Positions 37,231 through 46,989 of a DNA stretch of 53,925 bases are shown here, piece after piece; the first letter of the stretch is position 1; each line of letters starts with the position of its first letter. Under the pieces are notes generated by a model that searched no databases, had not been told where the DNA came from, and saw only the letters and a program-made list of their open reading frames with translations. The position numbers and the translations under genes were made by a program. This DNA is from Octopus bimaculoides (Eukaryota): assembly GCF_001194135.2 (NCBI RefSeq), contig NC_068987.1:59680211-59734135 (forward strand). The letters are read 5' to 3'.

Positions 37231-37961
37231 CGTGTATGTTAGCAGCTTCTGATGGTGGCCATAACAGAGGAAGACAAAGTGAGCGCGAACATTGCACTCA
37301 TCTCCACCTGTATGCATAGAAGCACTCAGTCTGCATATATGATATTATCGATGATTTACAATTCTGTGTGTATATAAGAGTCAGGCTGGTTTGGATAGGT
37401 AATTCGAACTAAAATATTGCCTCTCGCATTTCCTAGTGGTCTGTTATTTTGAGTATTTTTGGTTCACTTTGTTGGTGGTCTTTGAGAATTGTTTCTGTAC
37501 AACACATATTAATACAAAGTATGCCATTTTAGATATGTAATTTACTGTGGAGAGATTAGTGTCCATGTAAAACTGGGACTGTTGATGATGAATGAAATGT
37601 ATCGTTTGTGTACTATATTCCCTGTTTATGTTGAACATATGTGATATCTGTGAGTGCTTTAAGTCTGTATGTGCATCGTTTTGCTTTCTGCTCTATGCAT
37701 TGTAATTCATCGTAGTTTTCTATTCTGTGTGTGTGCTTATGTTCTTGATTTTAATGGCTGCATGTTCTCTGGTTTCGCTAGTAAGGAGATCTGGTAAATG
37801 CCATGCTACGTCTCTTTATTTGAAGTTTAGATTTCTAATTGGTTGAGGTAGTTTAGGAGTAGCTTTGCAGCCATGCCTGGGAAATTACAGGAAGATAATA
37901 TAATGGGGAAGATCTTTAACCATAAAGCTTGCGTATGCTTTTAGCGTGTAAGTAATAGCTT

Positions 37962-38122
37962 TTATCTCTTACTTGTTTCGCTGACTGGACAGCGGCCATC
38001 TTGGGGCACTGCATCGAAGAGTTCAGCGGAAGTAAATCAACCCCAATATTTATTTTATAAGTCTGGTACTTATTTAACTTAATATTTAAGTTACGGGAAC
38101 GTAGACAAATTAACACTAGTTG

Positions 38123-38158
<36 letters not shown>

Positions 38159-38291
38159 TCGACGGGCTTCTACACAGTTTCAAGACATTGGTCAGCTCAA
38201 AGCTATTGTAGAAGATATTTCCCGGAGGTGCCATGGAGTGGGCTTGAGCCCTAACCACGTAGTTGCAAAGCGAGCTTCTCAACCACACAGC
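37962..38291 (-). mobile_element. SINE family B copy with internal (TG)n
   Basis: Reverse complement of the 14605-14985 family: gacgggcttct...ttggtc...gaagat...aggtgcca...cttctcaaccacacagc. Confidence 0.75.
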
Positions 38292-39067
38292 GATATCTAT
38301 GTAGATAGCAATAAAAAGTAATTGCTGAAAGTATGGAGCCCTACTGTAACCTGTACGTTTCCAGCTAACTTTCCTTATGATGTTTAGTTTGAAGAAGCTA
38401 TATTTGGCTGTGACATTCAATACATCTCATTTATAATGAAGCAGGGGGAAAATATTCTATCTTCATTTTAATTGTTCGATGCTCTTGCATTATTTTCAAA
38501 GACACATAACTTTTTACCTCTATGTGGGAGCCATACGCAAGAGTTGATACTACCCTCTGTATACCTCTTCTACAAATTTCAATCATGTGCCCAATCAAAT
38601 AAATCAAATCAGTTTGTTACAATTAATATGAATAAGATACTCGAGTAGCGCCCCAGCAGAATGAGAGAAGACATATATCAGCATAAGTATTGCGTAACCA
38701 TTTACTTCCGAAATTAAATATAACCATTCAAAATTTAATTACCATTAAATGCGAAAAGTAGTTTTATATACCAGTCTATATTTTGTTGTGGAATATCTTG
38801 TCTGGAACTATATTTTGTTGAAACAGGTCAAGTTTATTGAGGTATCGGGATTTGCACAAGATACGAATTCTATTCTTCATAGATAGTTAACATCATTACC
38901 GGAATAACCATGAAGATTTTCGCAGTTAAAGGGTTAATGGAATACAGAGATGATATTTCATTCAAGTAATCGACTCTGTCTTTTTGTACAATTACATTTT
39001 AGCATATTTCTTCCAGGACAATTTATTGGGCAGTATATTATATTTTCAATATCACTACGAGCCCCAT

Positions 39068-39290
39068 AAGGCAGGAAGCTAGAGGAATCGTTAGCATGCC
39101 AGGAAAAATGCTTAATGGCAATTCACCCTTCTTTACGTTCTGAGATCAAATTTCGCTTAGATCGACTTTGGCTTTCATCCTTTCATGATCAATAAAATAA
39201 ATACCAGTCAAGCACTAGGGTCGATGTAATCCACTTGCCTGCTCCTCCAAAATTGCTAGCCTTGTGCCAAAATTTGAAATCAATATTACT
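39068..39290 (+). mobile_element. SINE family A monomer, diverged
   Basis: gaatcgttagcatgcc...ctttacgttctgag...ctttcatcc...ccttgtgccaaaatttgaaat. Confidence 0.8.
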
Positions 39291-39782
39291 ACGAGTACCT
39301 ACATGGTCGCATGGCTTATTACGTTTTAGATAATGGTGGAACGGACCATTTTGATTGGAGTTCATTTCACCACAGGTCTGCTTGATCAGAGCTGGCAACG
39401 CAACACATCATCATTAACAACAACAATTACTGCTAATCCATAGATTATTTTGCAATCCATAACTTTTATTATAACCACAGTTGCAACATGCACAAAAGGG
39501 ATTAACCCCTTCGATATATCAAATATGGATTAATGGCTTCAATTCAAACCTTTTACACACTGTTTGATAGTTATTGATAAGAGCGTTAACGGAATAATGT
39601 GTGAACGATTTTATTGATCAGTTGAATCATGATACACTATATGTAAAAATACTTCTGACATCGAAAACGTTCATTTATCTGAGACTAAACTAACAAGTCC
39701 TTTATTTATAAACGTTGCATAAACAATGCTCTCTTAACAATAAATAATTTTGAAACAAGGTTAGGATCTTTCGCTTTGTCAC

Positions 39783-39848
39783 ACTTGTTAATTCTTTGTC
39801 ATGTTACATAAAATACTTGTTAATTCTTTGTCATGTTACATAAAATAC
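39783..39848. repeat. exact 32-bp tandem duplication
   Basis: acttgttaattctttgtcatgttacataaaat occurs twice in tandem. Confidence 0.92.
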
Positions 39849-40169
39849 AATATCACATACCATTATATACTATATATCCATGTTTTATTTAAATTTGACC
39901 TTAAAAAAAGAGTTAGAAATGAAAGATAACCAAATTAGAATTTACAAGTCGTAAATTATTATAATTAATGCTATGATATACAGAGAGATACTCCTATTAA
40001 AATAACTTGTATTATCAAAAGCTTATTGTTAAAATAATTTATGGGTCCCAAACTGTCTTTATAAACTGAGTTAACCGAGTTAAAAATTATCCGCTCATCA
40101 AAAATTAGATATTGTGTGATCGGTTTTTCAAACAGATATTGTTATTTGAATCAAATGCCAACAGTCTTA

Positions 40170-40238
40170 AGGGGAGTGGAGAAATTGAATACATCGATAC
40201 CAGTACTTTTATCGATTTCGGTGGACTGAAAAGTAAAT
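40170..40238 (-). mobile_element. SINE family A 3'-half fragment, reverse orientation
   Basis: tacatcgataccagtac...ttttatcgatttcgg...tgaaaagtaaa resembles the reverse complement of the family A 3' half. Confidence 0.5.
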
Positions 40239-40246
40239 TTGTCTCC

Positions 40247-40393
40247 TCCGAGGCCAACTTTACGTTTCGTCCTCCTGATCTCGATTAAAGAAAGTTTCAG
40301 TCAAGTACTCGGATTGATGACATCAACTTTTCACCGTCCCCTCGAAACTGCTGACCTTGTGCAAACATTTGAAACTGTCATTGTTATTATTAC
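40247..40393 (+). mobile_element. SINE family A 3' half with short (ATT)n tail
   Basis: ccgaggccaacttt...ctgctgaccttgtgcaaacatttgaaactgtcattgttattatt. Confidence 0.6.
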
Positions 40394-40629
40394 ATAGAGC
40401 AGTAGTGTTAGTCGCTCTGCTAATTTGTTTACGAAGCAACAAACCACAACACCTTTTAGAGCATAGACAGCGCATATCTGAATAATTTTCATGTCCAAAG
40501 TATTTTCACAAGTTTGTCCTAAACGTCCATGCTTGTCATCAGACTTTTAGTTAGACCTTGTTTCCCACTTTTTGTGTTACTTTCATGAGTCTAAAGTTAC
40601 TGTAGAAGTTGAAAAACATGCATATGTAT

Positions 40630-41790
40630 ATCATATATAAAGTATGGACAACGGGAAATATGTCACAAAAGTAATTGTTTTGGAAACCATAGAAAGCTAT
40701 TTGATGATATTTTCAGATATTGTACGAAGTGCTCCTATTATGAAAAAAATTACCATTTCCTCCTTGATGTCCCAAACGCTTTTAAAAATTCCACTTTAAA
40801 TTCTGCTGTAATCTATCTTCTTTTATTTCCCCTTCGCTCTTGTGTCCAATGGATACACTATTTATGTCATTATACAACTTCCAGTACCCGTTTCTTCCAC
40901 AAGGATATCCAGTCTTGAGTGCTGAAGTTCCATGTCTGTCTCCCTGGATTTTCAACACCTCATAAAATTTCTGTCTGATCATTTTCAATAAATTTCTTTT
41001 GTCATGTTTATGCCACTTTTCTGGGTGTTCTATTCTGCTGGCTTTATACAGTTGTCAGTGCATAACGGATGCAGTTTTGTCGTATTTCTAGTTTCTTATA
41101 CATTGGTACTAAGTAGGTTACAGTCTGTTCTTTCTCGTGGTAGAAGCGACTTACTGGTGATATAGTCTTTTTACTTATGCTTTTGATTTCTTACGTCTTT
41201 ATATGTTCTTGGGATGCTATTATAAGAACTTCTGTGGATTTTTTTCATATCCCTCACGCCTTTCTTTAACCAGTCTCAAGTACGAATCCTTCTCTATATA
41301 GTGCTCTTGAAAATTCCATGCACTTTTCTTCGGTTTTTTTCTTTCCTGCTTTCCACACCCTCTCTTCTGCTATTTATTGTTCCTTCTTTTATTGCACTTC
41401 TTTTTCTTGTCAATATCCTGTAGTTCTCGACTGTACCAGGTGATGGCTCTTGCATCATATCAAATGATTGAGACAATACGTTCGTTGATAACTGTAATAA
41501 CGTCTTTTAGCTAATATGATATTATTTTTTCATGCTCTTGTCTCTCCTTATGTATTCAATTTCCAGTGTATATTTCGTTTCTTTGACCTTTAGGCAATTG
41601 ATTTCCAGAACTCTTAAATAATAATACTGGATTCCTAGTCAAATTGTTTTAATTATTCCCAGTACCGAGCTGAATTACTCTCTTTGAAAAAGTTTGCCTC
41701 TCTTCATCGTAAATATATCGCAGGTATTAATGCCAAATTTCGTTTTAATGTCCTCACTGAACACTCATTTCATTTTTATGTCTCTTCAAA
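40630..41790 (-). mobile_element. R4/Dong-clade LINE, 5'-truncated (end of RT to REL), decayed
   Basis: Minus-strand peptides SEDIKTKFGINTCDIFTMKRGKL; EYIRR...VITVINERIVSII*Y; KVHGIF...DWLKKG; zinc-finger remnant SPVSRFYHEKEQTV; and REL end FIIGALRTISENI. Confidence 0.75.
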
Positions 41791-41799
41791 TACAAACCG

Positions 41800-43900
41800 A
41801 GCTAACACTTGGTAACCGACGCAGTCATACTCTTCTTCGGTTAGCTTGATGCACTTGCTTAGTTGAGGTTAATACTTTCGTACATTTTCGCACATATTTT
41901 GTATTTGCTGTCTGGCAGTTTTTTCCTTTGTCCTTATCAAATTCGTTGTGGTATGCCATTTATGGTTTCTATCTCTCTACAGTAACCTCCGATTTCCTCT
42001 GCTTTGCCACATGAATGGCCATGTATTTCTTCACTTTGCAGTTATGTATACTACCATTTTCATTTCTAGTTTTGAAATATTTCACTGCGTCTGGAATTTC
42101 ATCGGTATTTTTTGCCCTGGTTAACTGTGTAAAACCTTGTTTTTTCAAGCCCCCAAAATTACAACATTTATGTTGTTATATACAACAAATTTTCGCTTCC
42201 TACTCTTCTGAATACATAGATACGGTTAATAATAGTTAAGTCTCGAACGAAATCCAAACTCTTTCTAATTCATGTAGTTCTGGATTTAACAATTAAAAAA
42301 AGGGAGAGGATTATCTCAACACCGACGTCAGCTAATTATTGATTGCTTTGATATTACCTCCGTTTAGTTTAGTTTCAAGCATCTTCCTAACTTTTCTGTT
42401 GTACTCTTTAGAGAATTTATCTCCTCTTGTCTTTTCCATTACTTTATCATGCATACTTATAAAATGATATTTCGAGGTAACCCTCATTCTCTTGTGAGCT
42501 TATGAAATTATATTGTACTGTCGATTTAACCGTTCTTTCCGTTTCTTACGGTTTGGACTAAAAGGTCAAGATCTTTTAAAAGTTTTGTGTACAATCAAAA
42601 GTTTATAGCAGGTGATTTGCTTTCGATCCTTCTTAGCAAGTTCACACCAAGCAGGTGTATATTTTTGCATTATTTTAATCAAACGAATCAGTACTATCAT
42701 GAAAAGCAATGGTAACAGATAGTTTCGTTCTCGAGGGACTCCAAAAGCCAATAGTTCGGTTCATTATTGTATATTTTCTTGTAGTCTATATAACCAACAT
42801 TTTTTCTCTTATCGCTCTTCATTTAGCATCATTCCACCAATATACAATAGATTAGCAACTCTCCTTGATTTCTTTCTGCATTAGTTTTGATCTTCTGGTT
42901 ACAGTTCATCTACTCTGAGACCAATTAATAATTTTCATAACAACGGCATGTACTTAGTAAGCTTATAATTACTGACTTTTCTTTCATTTTCTTCATTCTT
43001 CTATATTAACACTGTCCTTATCTATATAAGTGCTCGATTTTCATACAGTCACTAACAACCTTTTATACGTGTTTGCGAAATTTTAAAGCCAGAATTTGCG
43101 AACATCAACGATTGTATGCTGGAGCTTTCCAGTTTGGTATCTTTTAACTATCTTATTTAAACTTCTCTGATGTAATACTTATATTCTTCCTGTATTGACC
43201 TATTTACCTTTTAACATCTTAAGACCAAGCATCTGACTAAAAGTTTTGCATCCTCAGCGTTTAATATTTCACTATTCTGATGTTCATTCTTTTCGTTCAG
43301 ATGTTGTCAAAATTTTCTTTCATTGTTTCTGAAGATCCTGTTCTGTTCTTCGTTTGTATCTATTATTTTTTGCTTCATCTCTTCTTTAGCAGCCTGTAAC
43401 CCTCACTATCTATGCTTTTTTTAAAGCTAATCCTTATGTGTTTTCTTCACCGACTTCATTTTAAGTATAGCATTTATCCTTCCCAAATTTTCACTTTATT
43501 TTCAAGTTTCCTTTTCCACTCTGGAACTTTGACCCTTTCTGTACCACTTTTGATTTCAAAACTTTCTAAAGTAACAAAGGCTGCACAATATACGAGGAGG
43601 TCATTTGCATTTGTTATTTTCCAAACTTGAATTTTCTCGAATAATTTAAACAGTTTCGTAACTTTTCATCACAGTTCAATTTCTGAAAGCTGTTACTCTC
43701 TTCTTATTCCTTTTTCTATTTTCACTCTAACATTAATGTAAGCTCCTTTCCTCTTCTATATTACCCTTAATCTCTATGAAGTGAAGTATAGTCACTTACA
43801 CCACTACCCCTTTCCTCTTGATTATCCATTGACCTTTTAACTATTTCTTGCTCAATTTCCTCTCTTGTGTAACCATATCTTTTTTTTTTTTCGCTGATCT
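41800..43900 (-). mobile_element. R4/Dong-clade LINE (N-terminus, RT, to zinc finger), heavily decayed
   Basis: ITNANDLLVYCAAFV...PEWKRKLENKVK; NRIFRNNERKF; NYKLTKYMPLL*KLL; GYIDYKKIY; LLPLLFMIVLI; KANHLL; KEYNRKVRKMLETKLNGGNIKAIN; INRIYVFRRVG; CIKLTEEEY. Confidence 0.75.
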
Positions 43901-44334
43901 CTTCTAGTTACAATTGAGTAGCTATTGTTTTCTCACAATTTGGATTGTAATCTAAATGTTTCCTCTGCAACTGAAAACATCTCTCTCTCTCTATTTTTCT
44001 CATTCCCTCTCTTTCTCATTTCATGTCGTATGCTTATTTTTTATATCCTATTTTTACTAGATTCGCTCTTCTAATAACATTCCATTACAACTATGTTATT
44101 GCTTAATCCTTGTAGCAGCAACTCAATAACAAGCAGGTTCACATTGATGTTCAATGGATCATTTGTTATGCAAGGTTCCTTCACCTGGGGATCCAATATC
44201 ATTAAGACTTGTGATACAAATTTTCATCTGACATAAAGAGGATCATGATGAAAAGATGATTCAATCAGATGACATAAGCGATGATGTTGTTATAGGCACC
44301 GTATTTGGAGTGGAATTACCACAATTTAAGTTCA

Positions 44335-44354
44335 TTATCATCGTCGTCATCGTC

Positions 44355-44391
<37 letters not shown>

Positions 44392-44430
44392 CCACCACCA
44401 CCACCACCACCACCACCATCATCATTATTT
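44335..44430. repeat. (CAT/CGT)-(GAC)n-(CAC)n trinucleotide repeat
   Basis: Directly visible; source of the poly-R/P/T ORFs. Confidence 0.95.
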
Positions 44431-44436
44431 TCATTA

Positions 44437-44648
44437 AAGCGGCGAGATGGCAAAATCGTTAGCACGCCGAGCAGAATATTTAGCGACATTTCGCCTATCT
44501 TTACGTTCGGAGTTCGCATTCCGCCGTGGTCGACTTTGCCTTTCATCCTTTTGGTGTTGATAAAACAAAAACCAGTTAAGCACTGGGGTAAATATAATTG
44601 ACTTACCCCATCCCCCTAACTTGCTGGCCTTGTGCCAAAATTTGAAAC

Positions 44649-44650
<2 letters not shown>
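44437..44650 (+). mobile_element. SINE family A monomer
   Basis: aagcggcgagatggcaaaatcgttagcacgccg...gtcgactttgcctttcatcc...ccttgtgccaaaatttgaaaccatt. Confidence 0.9.
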
Positions 44651-44727
<77 letters not shown>

Positions 44728-44752
44728 GTTGTTGTTGTTGTTGTTGTTATTA
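44650..44752. repeat. (TAT)n-(TGT)n trinucleotide repeat (expanded SINE tail)
   Basis: Directly continues the SINE 3' end. Confidence 0.95.
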
Positions 44753-44945
44753 TGGCCGCCATACTAGAAATGCACGGAAACTTGGAATTCTATAAATTGT
44801 AAGAGTGTTCCCAATCTTTTCTGCCTTCATATTAGTTGTTACAGCCTTGTTTTTGTCAGTGTCTGGAGTGTGCTGGTAGTATTTCTGTTTAGAGATACTC
44901 CCTATTTTATAGCAGAGCACATCTATATTTTTTAACATTCTATAT
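44753..44945 (-). mobile_element. probable R4/Dong C-terminal fragment
   Basis: LCYKIGSISKQKYYQHTPD resembles LCHNFELSTEKRWYKHT in the 46990-49900 copy; short and internally deleted. Confidence 0.4.
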
Positions 44946-44959
44946 ATCTTTGACATTCG

Positions 44960-46690
44960 ACAATTCCAACAACATCAACAACAGGAACAACAGCAAACAA
45001 CAATAGCAATAAAAAAACAACAACAATACCAATAACAAATCAAAAGAAGAAAAGGAAAACAAAGAAAATTTTGAAAGAAACCTGAACATCACCACCATCA
45101 CTACCACTACTACCGCCCCCGTTGCAGCAACTGCAGCAGCTACAATCGTCACAGCCATGACAAGTGATGCTGGAAAGGGGATTTCTTTTGCGAGTACTGC
45201 AAGAAATCGGGAAGAATTCCAGATAAAGAGGATTTCGAAACTGGTCAGACAATTTGTTAAAGTTAGGGTGACAAACGTGCTGCCAGATATATCCATCACC
45301 TTGTTGGTGGCGACCCGACTTGGGGTTGGGTATAAAAGATGTGGCTATCCCGGAAGTAAAGAAAATACCGAAACAAGACTGGTCAGGTATATGTATGAAA
45401 CTGACCATGCAAATTAAACAAATGTATATTAAGGAAGTACCTGACCTGTTAGACCTGCTAGATGGTACCCACCTATCAGTGATAGTGGAGGGTAGAAAGC
45501 CAAGATGCCACATGTTTAAATCTGTGACTCACTTAAAGGCTTTCTGCCCTGAAACAAAGAAAATAAATCAGCCACTGCTGCCAACAATACAAACACCACA
45601 AACATAAAGTCAAGTGGAAGTGTTAAGGACGCCAAACCGGCTCCCACGCAAAGCAAGCTTCCCGAACATCCTGCTCCTCAAGCCAACAACAGCAATGACG
45701 TGGAGAAAGAAGAGCAGCCCGAAACTTGAATCACTGTAACTAAAGGGAGCAGGCACTGCCCTACTCCTAGAACATAGCAAAAACAAACACAAAAATCATA
45801 AATGCAGCCCAATTCACAACCACTATAACAACAACAGCAGCAAAACCAGCAACATCATCAACAAAAAAAAACAAGATAACAGAGAAACATAGAAACAACC
45901 AATAATGAAAATGCAAAAGCAACAAAATAGTCCCAGCTGTAAGCAAAAGGCGTCCATCAGCTTCAGTGTTGTGAACAAAAGTAGCAGTAAATTGATGGAT
46001 TTCGTAATTCAAAATAAAAACAAAACTGAGACAGAGGGAAGGGAATTTGCAGATGAAATCCTCAAAACCCCGAAGGACAGAATATTAATAATATTGTCCT
46101 CAGACCTTTATAAAACAATTCGCGAGAAATACCCAGTTAGTGGTGGAATTTTAAAACACACAATAGACAAAAGGTGTTTAGAAGGACCTTTGAGAAAACA
46201 TTCACCTGCAGAGACGTCCAGAACAGCCGGGCGTCTGAAAATCAAGGTGCGTGACCTCCTCTTTTTCTTCCTCCGACTAGCTGAGAGACAAGTCACTAGG
46301 CCTGCAGCTCGGCACCCGGAGAAGCAGGTCCATACCGCTCAATGACGTCGTGGGACGCTCGGGGTGTGGTTTGGTTTGGTTTTCTCCAGGTGGAAAACTG
46401 AGACGAGGTGACGAGCAGGGTAGCAAATGCCACCCAGAAATGGGCCGAAAGAAAGCTAAAGGTCGGGCAGCGGTGGCGAATGCTTACATTGCTTCCGTTG
46501 CTTACATTGCCTACCTGACCGTCGTGTCTGACTAAACTGGAACGCTTTTTGTAGAAGGGAAGCGTTCCACTGGTCAGGCGCTCCATTTCCTCTCAATAGC
46601 CGCTGAATGGAGGGTTGGGCATGCCATGGCTGCTGATGTGCATACATGCTATGACATCTCTAGCGTTTCTTTGAAGGTGCGCAAGTGTGG
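44960..46690 (+). mobile_element. L1/Tx1-clade LINE derivative: ORF1 plus post-catalytic RT segment, with EN and RT core missing
   Basis: ORF1 peptides SFASTARNREEFQIKR...KVRVTNV...VIVEGRKPRCHMFKSVTHLKAFCP (degenerate CCHC knuckle). From about 46290: RDKSLGLQLG...LGVWFG...ATQKWAERKL..KGRAAVANAYIASV...KGSVPLVRRSI...GGLGMPWLL, which is typical of the L1/Tx1 ORF2 region downstream of YADD. Confidence 0.75.
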
Positions 46691-46989
46691 TCGCTGTTTG
46701 CTACGAAGGGAGATGCTCAACTAGTTAAAGTCAAGCAACTGACAGGCAAATTTGTGGTATTGAGGAGAATATTTGCTGTAGCCCATCTCATTATTATTGT
46801 TAGTGTCTCCTCTTGATCGATGTAAACCCCACCTGTTTTATGTGTTGTATCTCTTCCTTTGGTATTGTTGTCCATGTCTTGGGTTTTTTGCTGCCTATAA
46901 AAAAATCATTATTATTAGTGTTGTTGTTGTTCATGTTGATGCTGTAGCTGTTACTGAAGTTGTCGACGTCGTTGCCGTCGTCATCGTTG

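Noticed and set aside
42540-42760. Initially read as an RTE-clade RT
   Set aside because: Flanking motifs (NHLL, KLNGGNIKAIN, zinc finger, no APE domain) fit the R4/Dong clade instead.
44256-44601. Poly-Arg/Pro/Thr ORFs
   Set aside because: Trinucleotide repeat read into a SINE.
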